A stretch of 64,000 nt of DNA from an uncultured delta proteobacterium (GCA_963755715.1 CAVWLW010000072.1:1-64000); one strand, 5' to 3'. Shown: positions 49,688-60,586, numbered from the stretch's first letter. Program-made: numbers and translations. The notes: generated by a model not told the origin, from the letters alone.

Positions 49688-51529
49688 TCAATCGGCTTGG
49701 CGCCACGATCTCAACAGGTGGACGATCTCATCCACACAGGACTCCGGTCTGGTCCCCAATGTCTTCAGGTGAATTTCCGGCGCCAGCGGCGCTTCGTAGT
49801 CGCTGTCGATGCCGGTAAAATTTTTCAGCTCGCCGCGCCGGGCTTTAGCGTACAGGCCTTTTGCATCGCGGCGCTCACATTCTTCCAGAGGCGTATCGAC
49901 AAAAACTTCGACGAACTCGCCCGTATCGAACAAGCCACGCGCCAACTGGCGCTCCGCTCGATAGGGCGAAATGAAAGCCACGATCACGATCAGCCCCGCA
50001 TCGACGAGTAGCTTCGCGACCTCGCCGACTCGGCGAATGTTTTCGACGCGGTCTTCTTCGGTAAACCCCAAGTCCCGGTTGAGCCCGTGGCGCACATTGT
50101 CGCCGTCGAGAACGTAGGTGTGCTTGCCCTCGGCATGCAAACGTTTTTCCAACAGGTTGGCGATCGTTGACTTCCCCGAACCAGAAAGCCCGGTAAACCA
50201 AAGGCAGCGGGCGCGCTGGTGCTTCATCTCGGCGCGAGCGATTTTAGTGACCTCGAGCGCCTGCCAATGAACGTTCACCGCTCGGCGCAGCGCAAACCGG
50301 ATCATGCCGGCGCCGACGGTCTCATGGGTCAACTTATCGATAACGATGAAAGCGCCCAACCGCTTATTCTCGGCGTAGGGAGCGAACGGGATGGCACGAT
50401 CGAAGCTAACATTGACCGTTGCGATTTCATTCAAGCTCAGCGTCTTGGCTGCCAAATGGGCGCCCGTGTTAATGTCGAGGTGATATTTGATGTGGGTGAT
50501 GCTGACGCTCGCAGCCTTGCTGTGAATCAGCGCTGCGTAGGGACGCCCGGGCAGCATGACATGCTCGCTCATCCAGAGCAGATCCGCCTCGAATTGGTCA
50601 GCGGCTTCGACCGGATGTGATGCGGCGGCAATGACATCACCGCGGCTGGCGTCAACCTCGTCCGCTAAAATCAGCGTGACGGAATCGCCCGCGACCGCTT
50701 CGGCTTTGGCGCCGCCCCAGACGGCGATTTCCTTGACGCGGCTGGAAACGCCGGATGGACTGACGCGCACGCTGTCTCCGGGTTTGATCGAGCCGCTGCC
50801 GATGCGTCCGGAAAATCCGCGAAAGTCCAGGTTCGGCCGGTTGACCCACTGCACCGGCATCGAGAACGGCTGCTGCGCTTCACGCTTTTGCGGCTCGACT
50901 GTCTCGAGCCACTGCAACAGGCTCGGCCCGCGGTACCACGGCATCGCGCCGTTTCCCGCCTCAACGACGTTGTGACCGTCGAGCGCCGACAACGGAATTG
51001 CCGTTATCGTTTCGAAACTCAAATCCTCGGCAAAGCGACGATAGGCAAGCTCGATCTCGTCAAAGACCGGTCGCGACCATTCGACGAGATCCATCTTGTT
51101 GACCGCTAAAGCGACGTGACGGATGCCGAACATCGAGACGATCCGGCTATGCCGTTTTGTCTGGATGAGCACTCCTTTGCGCGCATCGATCAACAACACC
51201 GCCGCCTGTGCAGTCGACGCGCCGGTCGCCATGTTGCGGGTGTATTGCTCGTGGCCTGGCGTATCGGCCACGATGAAGCGCCGTTTCGGCGTCGCGAAAA
51301 AGCGATAGGCAACATCGATCGTGATCTTCTGCTCGCGTTCCGCCTGCAAGCCGTCGACGAGCAAAGCAAAATCGAGACGCTCGCCCTGAGTGCCGAATTT
51401 TTTCGAATCCGCCTTTAGCGCCTCGAGTTGATCTTCAAAGATCAACTTAGTCTCGTAGAGCAGGCGGCCGATCAACGTCGATTTGCCGTCGTCCACGCTG
51501 CCGCACGTGATAAAGCGCAGGGTATCCAT
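49688..51529 (-). CDS. cysNC: Bifunctional sulfate adenylyltransferase subunit 1 / adenylylsulfate kinase
   Basis: [18 protein letters not shown] GTPase motifs; [30 protein letters not shown] kinase motifs. Confidence 0.96.
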   Translation of the reverse strand: MDTLRFITCGSVDDGKSTLIGRLLYETKLIFEDQLEALKADSKKFGTQGERLDFALLVDGLQAEREQKITIDVAYRFFATPKRRFIVADTPGHEQYTRNMATGASTAQAAVLLIDARKGVLIQTKRHSRIVSMFGIRHVALAVNKMDLVEWSRPVFDEIELAYRRFAEDLSFETITAIPLSALDGHNVVEAGNGAMPWYRGPSLLQWLETVEPQKREAQQPFSMPVQWVNRPNLDFRGFSGRIGSGSIKPGDSVRVSPSGVSSRVKEIAVWGGAKAEAVAGDSVTLILADEVDASRGDVIAAASHPVEAADQFEADLLWMSEHVMLPGRPYAALIHSKAASVSITHIKYHLDINTGAHLAAKTLSLNEIATVNVSFDRAIPFAPYAENKRLGAFIVIDKLTHETVGAGMIRFALRRAVNVHWQALEVTKIARAEMKHQRARCLWFTGLSGSGKSTIANLLEKRLHAEGKHTYVLDGDNVRHGLNRDLGFTEEDRVENIRRVGEVAKLLVDAGLIVIVAFISPYRAERQLARGLFDTGEFVEVFVDTPLEECERRDAKGLYAKARRGELKNFTGIDSDYEAPLAPEIHLKTLGTRPESCVDEIVHLLRSWRQAD

Positions 51530-52428
51530 TAAAAATACCCTTCCTGCTTTTTGCGCTCCATCGAACCGGCGCCATCGTGATCGATAATGCGTCCCTGGCG
51601 CTCCGAAGTTGTCGCTCCCAAGGTTTCAGCGACAATCTCGTCGAGCGTCGTCGCGTTGCTCTCGATGCCGGCGGTCAGCGGGTAGCAACCAAGCGTGCGA
51701 AACCGCACCTTGCGTATTTCCGGAGTTTCGCCAGGTTCGAGCGGGAGTCTATGATCATCGACCAGGATCCACTGACCGAAGCGCTTGACCACTGGACGCT
51801 CGGCGGCGAAGTACAACGGCACAATCGGAATGTTCTCCTGGCGAATGTACTGCCAAACGTCGGCTTCGGTCCAATTGGAGAGCGGAAATACCCGAATCGT
51901 TTCGCCGGAGTTGATTCGGGTATTGTAAAGATTCCACAGTTCCGGGCGCTGGGCTTTCGGCTCCCAACGATGGCCCGGCGCGCGAAAAGAAAAAATGCGC
52001 TCCTTGGCGCGGGATTTTTCTTCGTCGCGGCGCGCGCCGCCAAACGCGACATCGAAGCCGTGGAGATCGAGCGCTTGCTTGAGCGCTTCTGTCTTCATCA
52101 CATCGGTGTGGTAGGCCGAACCATGGGTGATCGGGCCGATACCCTCGGCAACGCCGCGCGGGTTGGTGTAGGTGATCAGCTTGAAGCCGATTTCCCGCGC
52201 CGTGCGGTCGCGAAACACGATCATCTCGCGAAACTTCCAGCCGGTGTCGATGTGCATCAATGGAAACGGAATCGGCCCGGGGTAAAACGCCTTCTGCGCC
52301 AGGCGCAGCATGACGGAAGAATCCTTGCCGATCGAGTAAAGCATCACCGGCTTGGCGGCCGTCGCGGCCACTTCACGGATGATTTCGATCGACTCCGACT
52401 CAAGCTCTGAAAAGATACCGTCGCTCAT
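51529..52428 (-). CDS. cysD: Sulfate adenylyltransferase subunit 2
   Basis: [44 protein letters not shown]. Confidence 0.97.
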   Translation of the reverse strand: MSDGIFSELESESIEIIREVAATAAKPVMLYSIGKDSSVMLRLAQKAFYPGPIPFPLMHIDTGWKFREMIVFRDRTAREIGFKLITYTNPRGVAEGIGPITHGSAYHTDVMKTEALKQALDLHGFDVAFGGARRDEEKSRAKERIFSFRAPGHRWEPKAQRPELWNLYNTRINSGETIRVFPLSNWTEADVWQYIRQENIPIVPLYFAAERPVVKRFGQWILVDDHRLPLEPGETPEIRKVRFRTLGCYPLTAGIESNATTLDEIVAETLGATTSERQGRIIDHDGAGSMERKKQEGYF

Positions 52429-52551
52429 CGGTTGAAACTCAACTCCTTATAGTGTCCTGTAACCGCGCTGAATAAACCATTCTGTATTTTGCCGTCAAGC
52501 CGGTGGAAACCGGCCGGTCGCACGTACAGCATTCGCACCGCTTACATGGAT

Positions 52552-52613
52552 TCGTCATTTCGAGCAAAGCGAGAAATATTTCTTATACCCTTCGCATTTG
52601 CTCGAAATGACGA
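52552..52613. repeat. REP-like inverted doublet (GTCATTTCGAGC family)
   Basis: TCGTCATTTCGAGCAAAGCGA ... TCGCATTTGCTCGAAATGACGA, long near-perfect stem. Confidence 0.8.
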
Positions 52614-52743
52614 CGCGAATCAAATGTTTGTTTCAGTTCTTTACTTTGCGTGCTTTGCGCGGTTAAATTTTCTTCTCCTTTGATTGCTTCTTCACCACTC
52701 TGGTCTTTGTGGTGAATCCTGTCTCTTCCCACTACGAATTTGC

Positions 52744-53602
52744 TCAGGACTGAGCAGCGCGCTTTGCGAGCAAGATACCAGGGGCAGAAGCGGCGACTTC
52801 GGCGATCAACGATCCCATCTTGGGATGCTGCCGGCTCAATATCCGGCTTGAGCCCGTATTGTTGCAGCACCCGCGTGCAAATCGGACCGACCGAGCCGAT
52901 CGCCAGATTCTTGCAGGCAGCCCGCAACTTTTCATCCGCCTTTTCTTCGGCGGCAACCCGAAACACATGCTCGACCTGCGCGCCGTTGGTGAACAGCGCC
53001 ACGTCGACGGCGCCGCGCAGAATTTGTTGAATGGCGTCGCGCAGCGGCGCCAGGTCTTCGGGCAAAGCCCAGCGATAAACGGCGATCGTTTTCACGCTCG
53101 CGCCGCGTTGCTCCAGTCCCGAAACAAGCTCCGGGTTGGGAATGCCGTATTCCTGAACGGCGATTTGCTTGCCGCGCATCGTCGTAGCGGCATCGAGAGC
53201 CGAAAGCACCTCGCGCCAGGTGTTGGGCTCAGGCACGGTGACCGACGGAGTCAGCCCCAATTCTTTCAGCGCCGCCACCGGCTTGGGACCGCGCGCAACG
53301 AGCTGGGCTTTGCCAAGCGCCGCGACGATTCTTTCCTGCGAATATCGAGTGAGCAGCGCCTGATTGAGCGTCCTCGTGCCGACGCCGGTCATAAAGATAA
53401 CCATAGCGAATTTCCCGGCTTCGATCTCGGGCAAGAATTCCAGCGCGGCGCGGTTTTCGCTCAGCGGAATTTCACGCATCGACGGCGCAACCAAAGGCTC
53501 GCCACCGTAACGGCGGATCAGCTCCGCCATTTCTTTGGCGCGCCGGCTTTCGAAGGAGACGACTTTAAACCCGCGCAGATTCTCTCGCGTGTCCGCTGTC
53601 AT
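52744..53602 (-). CDS. hemD: Uroporphyrinogen-III synthase; +1 indel at about 52832
   Basis: SFESRR, MTGVG, ARGPKP, VQEYG, YRWALP, SVGP; corrected end HPKMGSL...AAQS*. Confidence 0.85.
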
Positions 53603-54365
53603 AAAGGGATCGATGCTCTTCTGCCATTGGCACGAACCAACTTAGCTTATCGCCCAAAGAAACTACGTCGCCGATGACGATGAGCGCCGGCGGTTCGATC
53701 AGGATACTTTTCTCGACGATGTCGGCCAGAGTTCCGATGACGCTTTCCTGGTCGCTCGTCGTTCCCGAGCGAATCACCGCGGCCGGGGTTTGCGGTGAAC
53801 GGCCATGCTCGACGAGCTTTTTCACGATGATCGGCAAGTTGGTCAGTCCCATGAGAATAACCAGTGTGTCGACGGCCGTGGCCAGCTTGGCCCAGTTCAC
53901 GGCGGAATTTGCCTTGCGCGCTTCATGGCCGGTGACCACGGCGAAGGACGAGGCGAACTGCCGATGGGTGAGCGGAATGCCGGCGTACGCCGGCACTGCG
54001 ACGGCGGAGCTCACGCCCGGCACGATTTCAAAGGGAATACCGGCTTCCACCAATGCCTCCGCTTCCTCGCCGCCGCGCCCGAAAACAAATGGATCGCCGC
54101 CCTTCAATCGGACGACGTCACGACCGGCGCGCGCGTGAGCAATAAGCACGCTGTTGATTTCTTCTTGCGCGATGCAGTGGCGCCCGGCTCGCTTGCCGAC
54201 AAAGACTTTAATTGTTTGCGAACCGGCTTCGTTCAGGAGCGCTGGATTGACCAATTGGTCGTAGACGATCACCGGCGCGTTACGCAGCAATTCCCGGCCG
54301 CGCACAGTGAGCAACCCCGGATCGCCCGGGCCGGCGCCGACGAGATAGACTTTGCCAATTGTCAT
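53565..54365 (-). CDS. cobA: Uroporphyrinogen-III C-methyltransferase (SUMT)
   Basis: VYLVGAGPGDPGLLT, RLKGGDPFVFGRGGEE, PGVSSA, GIPLTHR; ATGA overlap with upstream gene. Confidence 0.95.
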   Translation of the reverse strand: MTIGKVYLVGAGPGDPGLLTVRGRELLRNAPVIVYDQLVNPALLNEAGSQTIKVFVGKRAGRHCIAQEEINSVLIAHARAGRDVVRLKGGDPFVFGRGGEEAEALVEAGIPFEIVPGVSSAVAVPAYAGIPLTHRQFASSFAVVTGHEARKANSAVNWAKLATAVDTLVILMGLTNLPIIVKKLVEHGRSPQTPAAVIRSGTTSDQESVIGTLADIVEKSILIEPPALIVIGDVVSLGDKLSWFVPMAEEHRSLYDSGHARESARV

Positions 54366-54991
54366 AGCGAAACTCCCAGCTCTCTCAGCAAATGGCTCTT
54401 CGCCCGGGCGAACTCGCCACGTATGAGAAATTGTCGCACGTCGCCGCTCAAGGCTCTGCGCCATGTTTCAAACGGCACGTGCAGCGAGCGTTTATGCAGC
54501 TCGGTGCGCGTTTCCGCGGCGAGCTGCGCCAGTTGCTCGTACTCACGGCTGAAGTAGATTTCCAGCTCTTCGCGAATCGTCCGCGCCAAGGCTGGGCTCT
54601 GCCCGCCGCTCGATACCGCCACCGTCAGATCGCCGCGCCGCAAAACGGAAGGCAGAATAAAATCGCAGTGGGCCGGATCGTCCGCCGCATTGACCCAGAC
54701 ACCGCGGCTTTTGCCTTCTTGGTAAACGCTCGCATTGACCCGGTCATCATCCGTCGCGACGAAAGCTAGTTCGTAGCCGTCCAGATCACCGCTCTGATAA
54801 CACTTCGCTTTTAGTTGGATGGAATTATTCTTCGACCAGTGGGCGACGTTTTCGCTTACATCGGGACTGATCACCGTGACCTCGGCGCCAGCTTCGAGCA
54901 GATTGGCGATCTTACGCTCCGCCACCGCGCCGCCACCGATCACCAGGCAGCGCCGGCCGGTCATTTCCAGATAGATCGGAAAGAAACTCAT
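54362..54991 (-). CDS. Precorrin-2 dehydrogenase / sirohydrochlorin ferrochelatase (Met8 / CysG N-terminal type)
   Basis: FFPIYL, GGGAVAERK, VNAADDPAHCDFILPS, VSSGGQSP. Confidence 0.93.
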   Translation of the reverse strand: MSFFPIYLEMTGRRCLVIGGGAVAERKIANLLEAGAEVTVISPDVSENVAHWSKNNSIQLKAKCYQSGDLDGYELAFVATDDDRVNASVYQEGKSRGVWVNAADDPAHCDFILPSVLRRGDLTVAVSSGGQSPALARTIREELEIYFSREYEQLAQLAAETRTELHKRSLHVPFETWRRALSGDVRQFLIRGEFARAKSHLLRELGVSL

Positions 54992-55123
54992 TGATACCCT
55001 AGCGACCTGCCAGGATATTTCTCTTTCCGACTTTAACCCGCGACCATGTCCAAGACAAACGGTGCTTTACTTCTAACCCCTCGGTGGATCCATACGTTAC
55101 ATTATTTTTTGGCGCAGCAGTTC

Positions 55124-55837
55124 TCACGCTGTACGAAGGTGCAAGCCGCACTCTTTGGTTTCCGGTTCTTCCCACCACCATCGCCCGGCGCGCTGGTCTT
55201 CCCAGGCCTTGATCGCGCGGGTGCAAGGGGCGCAGCCGATACTTGGAAAGCCCCGATCATGCAATTTGTTGTACGGCACTTTATGGGCGGCGATATAATC
55301 CCACACCTGCCTATGCGTCCAATCCGCCAAGGGATTGATCTTGACGATATCGCCGTGCTCGCGATCGATTTCGACTTTGCGCGCCTCCGTGCGGGTGACC
55401 GCCTGCTCGCGGCGCAGACCCGTCATCCAACCGTCCAACCCGTTCAATGCCCGTTTGAGCGGCTCCACTTTGCGGATGCCGCAGCATAGTTTGCGCTGTT
55501 CGATAGAATCGTAGAATAAATTCATGCCGTGTTGGCGCACCATCTCTTCGACCTGCGTCGCTTCGGGAAAAAAAACCTCGACCTCGATGCCGTAGCGCGC
55601 GCGAATCGCTTCCATGCAATCGTAGGTTTCCTGGTTAAGCCGGCCGGTGTCCAGGGTAAAGACCCGGAAATCGGCGCCACGCTGACGATGGATAAGGTCG
55701 ATCAGCACCGATGCTTCGGCTTGAAACGAAGACGCGAGCGCGAGCCGAGGATGAAATTTGTCGAAGGCCCAACCCAGCAGATCGATGGTGGAAAGCGCGT
55801 TTGCAGCGGTAATTTCGTCTGAAAATTTTTCTCTCAT
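55124..55837 (-). CDS. cysH: Thioredoxin-dependent adenylylsulfate (APS) reductase, [4Fe-4S] type (alternative start 55912)
   Basis: LDTGR, CCGIRKVEPL, TGLRREQ, SIGCAPCT, RAGRWW, ECGLH. Confidence 0.94.
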   Translation of the reverse strand: MREKFSDEITAANALSTIDLLGWAFDKFHPRLALASSFQAEASVLIDLIHRQRGADFRVFTLDTGRLNQETYDCMEAIRARYGIEVEVFFPEATQVEEMVRQHGMNLFYDSIEQRKLCCGIRKVEPLKRALNGLDGWMTGLRREQAVTRTEARKVEIDREHGDIVKINPLADWTHRQVWDYIAAHKVPYNKLHDRGFPSIGCAPCTRAIKAWEDQRAGRWWWEEPETKECGLHLRTA

Positions 55838-55911
55838 GATGATCGATCCTTGTTTCTGTCTGAGCTTATCCCGATAAAAGCACTCTTCTCCTTGGTCGAT
55901 AGTCGGGAGCA

Positions 55912-56502
55912 TCAACAGTACTTGGAGTCCACAGCGATGTTGGCAAGCAGCTGATCGAGATCGAAGCGCTCGAACGTGCGCATCGCGACTGAGAAACGTT
56001 TTCTTGAATCGTCCTTGTTGTAACTCAAAGCTAAGCTCGCGCCGTTAAATAACCGAGCGGCAACCGCCTCGAAGTCCGGCTTCAAGGCCTGAAAGGACTC
56101 CGGCGTATTCGGCACCGCCAGGCGATCGTTGAGCGAAATCGACACTTCATCGCCGGAAAATTTTATTCTGCCCTTGAGAGCGGGCTCTTGCTCCAAGCGC
56201 CGGCAGTTTTCCAATGCCGCGCGCAAAACCGCGCACAGCTTTTCCTGGTTTGAGCCCGCCAGCACGGTTTTTTGATCGAAGAGCAAACCGCGCCGGCCGC
56301 CGCTTTCGTCGATGCCCACGTTGGCGTCGTTGGCGACCAGGACGATCCCCGGGCCCGCCTGCATGTGACTGTAATCGGCGACATCGTGATAAACACCGTC
56401 CGTAGCTTGAATCCAGCCATGAAAAATATCGATAAAATCCGTCAACGGGACGGTGTTGTCTGGTACGACGAAAAACTTGACGTTGAGCTTTTGCAAGTCC
56501 AT
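55912..56502 (-). CDS. Conserved hypothetical protein in sulfur-assimilation operon
   Basis: 196 aa, co-oriented between sir and cysH; FHGWIQ, DVADYSH, GPGIVL, NDRL motifs. Confidence 0.8.
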   Translation of the reverse strand: MDLQKLNVKFFVVPDNTVPLTDFIDIFHGWIQATDGVYHDVADYSHMQAGPGIVLVANDANVGIDESGGRRGLLFDQKTVLAGSNQEKLCAVLRAALENCRRLEQEPALKGRIKFSGDEVSISLNDRLAVPNTPESFQALKPDFEAVAARLFNGASLALSYNKDDSRKRFSVAMRTFERFDLDQLLANIAVDSKYC

Positions 56503-56516
56503 CTTCGTTCCTGCGA

Positions 56517-58808
56517 TTACGCGCTTGGCTGCGCGGCTGGCACGATCGTCGCCGCGCTCGGCGACGCGCCACGCGTCTTGTTATGGCAATCATGCGCCGC
56601 GTCGATAAAAAGCTGGGCTTCCTGTAACAGTTGAACGGCGCGGTCGGCGTCCACAGTTTTTCCGGCGCCGATGAATTCCTTTGCTTTGAAAAGATATTCG
56701 GCGAATTTCCCGCCGGCATACTTGTCCCAGAAAAGCTGCGTGTCATAAAAACGCCGGGTAAACTCCGCGACGATCTGATTGTCATCTTCGGAGATGCTCG
56801 GGTTTTGATCCTTAACTAATCCTTGAGCGGCGCGCACCATCGAAGCGTAGGCGACTTTGGCCGCTTGTTGCATGTAACCGGAGTCCAACAGCAGTTGCGC
56901 TTCGAACAGCTCGCGCTCGCTCGCCGCCAAGGTGAACTCGGCTTGGCTGACGACCTCGCCGGCGCATTCGCCGATCCCCATATCTGACAGGGTGAATTCG
57001 CGCGGATCGCCCCAATCGCTGTAATAGGAACGATCCGCTTCGTGCGCCGGAATCTTGGTTAAATCTTCCAACAAGTCCTTGATCTGCTTCTTGCCGATGC
57101 GCGCGACAAACTCCTGGAACCGCTCGTCCTTCAGCCGTTGCCGCACGTAGTATTCAGTGATCGTCGAAACCGCCTCGGGAACCCGCTTCGACGGCACGGC
57201 GCCGATCGCCACGCCGTATTCGCCGGCGTTGTCGTGAAATTTGCCGCCGAGGATCACTTGAAAATGCGGCACCTGAAATCCCTTCACGTTGCGGTTGATA
57301 CCGTAAAATCCAATATCGGCAATGTGATGCTGGCCGCAGGAGTTGAAGCAGCCGCTGACTTTGATGCGCAGATTTTTTACCGCTTCGTCGAGCTCCAAAC
57401 TCTTCTCGCCTAATTGGTAACGCAGCTCGCGCGCGAGGCCGCGCGACGAGGCGATACCCAATTTGCAGGTGTCGGTACCGGGACAAGCGGTCACGTCGAC
57501 GATCGTCGCCGCGTCCGCCGCGCCGAGACCGATCGCCTTAATGGCTTGATAAAATTCCGGCAGATCCGCTTCACTCACCCAGCGAAAGAGAATATTTTGC
57601 TCTACCGTCGTACGCAGCGTGTCTTTGACGAAGTGCCGCGCAATATCGGCGAGTGCGCGCATCTGATCGGCGCTCGCATCGCCCAGCGGCAGCGTCACGG
57701 TGGCGGCGACGTAGCCGGGTTGGCGCTGCTTGTAGACATTGGTCCGGTACCAATCCTCGAAGCCATCAGCGCGCTGATGGCCGTTGAGACTGACGCCGGC
57801 TTTGAGCGGTTGCTCGCTTTGCTCGTTGACCGAATTCAAAAAATCCGTCCAACGCGGATCGGCCGGCAGCTTTTGCCGCTCTTCCAAAACCAGCTTGCGA
57901 AACTCATCGATGCCGAGATTGGCGATTAAGAATTTAATCCGCGCCCGGGCGCGGTTGCGCTTCTCGCCGAGGCGCGCAAAGACGCGCGAGATCGCTTGCA
58001 ACGTCGGTAAAAGCTCTTCCTCCGGTAAAAATGCATCGAACAACTTCGCTTTGTACGGCACCGAGCCTAAACCGCCACCGACGTAGAAGGCGAAGCCGCG
58101 CTGCACTTTGCCATCAACGGTCTGGGTCTTGGCGATCGCGCCCATGTCATGCATGGTCACCAGGCCGCAGGGATTCTGCTCGCAGCCGGAGAAGGCGACT
58201 TTCACCTTGCGGCCGAAATCCTGGGTGTCGGGATGGCCCATTAAGAATTTCGAGCAGGCTTTGGCATAGGGCGTCGTGTCGAACGTTTCCTCGTGGCAGA
58301 TTCCCGCCAGCGGGCAGGCCGTCACGTTGCGCACCACGTTGCCGCACGCTTCGCGGGTCGTGATTCCCACGGCGGCGAGCCGGCGCATCAGCGCCGGCGT
58401 GTCGTCGATATGCACGTAGTGAAACTGGATATCCTGGCGCGTCGTCACGTGCGACACGCCGTCGGAATATTCCTCGGACAAATCCGCCAAAGTTTCCAAC
58501 TGCTCCGGCGTGATGCCGCCGAACGGAATTTTGATGCGCATCATGCCCGGCGCGTCCCAAAAAGTATCCGGGCCTTTGATCACCTCGGGAAATTTCAGTT
58601 TTTGCACACGCTGACCGTCGTGTCTTTGGCCGTTGTCGTAGCGCTGGCCGTAAATACCGCGACGCAAGCGCGTCTCGGCAAAAACCTTCTCGTCGATTTT
58701 GCCCTGCTTACGCAGTTCCATCTGCTGCTCGAAGATATCGATCTCGCGTCCCAACTCGACGGGAATCTTGGCGCCAAGTTTTTCTTTCCAGCTCAGGCCG
58801 CGTTCCAT
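56517..58808 (-). CDS. sir: Siroheme sulfite reductase (NirA/Sir type) with C-terminal HEPN-like extension
   Basis: RLRRGIYGQR, MMRIKIP, HVTTRQ, ACPGTDTC...SGCFNSC siroheme/[4Fe-4S] ligands; lies within cys operon. Confidence 0.9.
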   Translation of the reverse strand: MERGLSWKEKLGAKIPVELGREIDIFEQQMELRKQGKIDEKVFAETRLRRGIYGQRYDNGQRHDGQRVQKLKFPEVIKGPDTFWDAPGMMRIKIPFGGITPEQLETLADLSEEYSDGVSHVTTRQDIQFHYVHIDDTPALMRRLAAVGITTREACGNVVRNVTACPLAGICHEETFDTTPYAKACSKFLMGHPDTQDFGRKVKVAFSGCEQNPCGLVTMHDMGAIAKTQTVDGKVQRGFAFYVGGGLGSVPYKAKLFDAFLPEEELLPTLQAISRVFARLGEKRNRARARIKFLIANLGIDEFRKLVLEERQKLPADPRWTDFLNSVNEQSEQPLKAGVSLNGHQRADGFEDWYRTNVYKQRQPGYVAATVTLPLGDASADQMRALADIARHFVKDTLRTTVEQNILFRWVSEADLPEFYQAIKAIGLGAADAATIVDVTACPGTDTCKLGIASSRGLARELRYQLGEKSLELDEAVKNLRIKVSGCFNSCGQHHIADIGFYGINRNVKGFQVPHFQVILGGKFHDNAGEYGVAIGAVPSKRVPEAVSTITEYYVRQRLKDERFQEFVARIGKKQIKDLLEDLTKIPAHEADRSYYSDWGDPREFTLSDMGIGECAGEVVSQAEFTLAASERELFEAQLLLDSGYMQQAAKVAYASMVRAAQGLVKDQNPSISEDDNQIVAEFTRRFYDTQLFWDKYAGGKFAEYLFKAKEFIGAGKTVDADRAVQLLQEAQLFIDAAHDCHNKTRGASPSAATIVPAAQPSA

Positions 58809-58844
58809 AAAACCTCCTCGGCAGTTCGTTTCGGCATATTGAAG

Positions 58845-58869
58845 TTAGTTGATTATTCTTGTCAGAAAT
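58845..58869 (-). promoter_or_regulatory. Putative Rrf2 operator (IscR type-1-like)
   Basis: ATTTCTGACAAGAATAATCAACTAA, about 19/25 match to ATASYYGACTRWWWYAGTCRRSTAT. Confidence 0.5.
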
Positions 58870-58900
58870 ATTCCAAAAAAAATTTCGCTCAGCGATCGAG

Positions 58901-59335
58901 CTAAATGTAATACATCAGCGCGCTCACTTCCGGTTTACAGAGATCGGCGAGCGTGGTTTCTTCCAGAACCGTCTCCATGGCGCTGACGCCTCGGGCCCAG
59001 GTTTCGAGCAGCCGCTGCGTTACTTTCGAGTCGGAACGGCTCTCCATTTGCGCCCTGAGTTCCAGGCCCACCGCCGGTCCTTCCAACACCGAGAGAATCT
59101 CCTTGACGGAAATAGTCTCAGGAGGACGCGCGAGATTATAGCCTCCGGATGGACCGCGCGCCGCATGCACCAGATGACCGCGTCTGAGCATCACCATGAT
59201 CTGACCCAGGTATTGCAAAGGTATTTGTTGGTTGTTGGCAATTTCTTTCACCTGTACGGCGCGTCGAACCTTGTAATTGTCGGCCAGCTCCGCCAGCGCA
59301 AGCAATCCATAATGGCCCTTTGAACTTACCTTCAT
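58901..59335 (-). CDS. Rrf2 family regulator, CymR-like (no Fe-S Cys triad, C-terminal MYYI)
   Basis: KGHYGL, YLGQI, RGPSGGY, LEG, TLADL. Confidence 0.92.
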   Translation of the reverse strand: MKVSSKGHYGLLALAELADNYKVRRAVQVKEIANNQQIPLQYLGQIMVMLRRGHLVHAARGPSGGYNLARPPETISVKEILSVLEGPAVGLELRAQMESRSDSKVTQRLLETWARGVSAMETVLEETTLADLCKPEVSALMYYI

Positions 59336-59364
59336 TGACCGCTGCCTATTTACCTTGCTTTTCT

Positions 59365-59394
59365 GATCCTAAGTAAATCGCTCAAGTATGTCAA
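59365..59394 (-). promoter_or_regulatory. sigma70 promoter overlapped by Rrf2-type operator
   Basis: TTGACA-N17-TAGGAT; ATACTTGAGCGATTTACTTAGGATC resembles IscR type-1 site. Confidence 0.6.
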
Positions 59395-59530
59395 GAACCC
59401 TATTAATTCAATTCTGCTGGGCATTTATAATGCCTTGGTTCGGTCCGCCTTGCGGTTGCGTGGCTGAAACACTTGAAGCTATAGTCGAGTCAATTTAGGA
59501 GCTTCTTTCAGCACTTTGGAGGTCACAACC

Positions 59531-60567
59531 ATGATGCCGACTGGCAAAATCGTCGTCACTTTCTCGCTGATCTTGTTTATTTCCCTGATTTTTGCGGTTC
59601 GCTCCAGCGCCGCTCCCGGCGAAATCATCATCACCCACGCGAGCATGAGCACGTCGACGATCCCCCTCTGGATTGCCCAGCGTCGGGATTTCTTCCGAAA
59701 ATACGGCGTCAATGCAAAAAGCGTATGGGTGCGCGGCAATCCGGCCCAGATCGCCACTCTGGTGTCGGGAGACACTCAAATCGCATACGGCGGCGCGCCG
59801 ACTGCCATGGCCGCCGCTGTCGGCGGCCGGGATATGAAAATCATCGCGAGCCTGAGCAGCCGGGAGAATCTCGATCTCGTTGCGCGGCCCGGCATCAACA
59901 GCGCCAAGGATTTGCGCGGCAAACGGTTCGGCGTCCAAAGTGTCGGCGGCGGGGTGTGGAAAACCGCCACCGTCTGGCTGGAACATTTCGGCATGGACGA
60001 GCGGCGCGACAACATTCAGATGATCGTTATCGGCGACGTAACGATCTTGAGCCAGTCGCTGGAAAGCGGTCTCATTGACGCCACAGTGGTGCCCGGATAT
60101 TTGAGTCGCAGGCTGGCGGACAAAGGATTCGTCGTCTTGGGCCGCTGCGAGCAGACCAAACTGCCGTCGGTGGGCATGACCGTGCTGGTCGAAAGACCTT
60201 ATTTGCAGCAGAATGCAGAAACTCTGCAGAATGTGATGAAGGCGCTCACTGAAGCCATGGTCTTTACTGCCAGTCCGAAAAACAAACCGGCGGTGCTCGA
60301 AACCATCATGAAGCAGTTCAAAATGACCGATACCGCTGCGGCCGAAGGAGCTTATCAGGACGTCGTCACGCTCATCCGATTGGAGGAATACCGCAAACCC
60401 TATGTCTCCATCGAAGGGATGCGAATTTTGCAGCGTCTCTTGAAAACACAAAATCCGAAAATCGGCGACATCAAGGTGGAAATTTGATTGACTCAAGCGT
60501 CATCAAGAAACTCGACGACAGCGGTTTCTTCGAAAAACTCTACGCCGAATACGGCGTGAAGTCGTGA
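59531..60567 (+). CDS. NMT1/SsuA-type ABC substrate-binding protein (orphan); 1-nt deletion at about 60480
   Basis: Signal peptide, FFRKYGV, DLRGKRFGVQSVGG; corrected end LDDSGFFEKLYAEYGVKS*. Confidence 0.88.
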
Positions 60568-60586
60568 GCGGACGGAACCTACCGCA

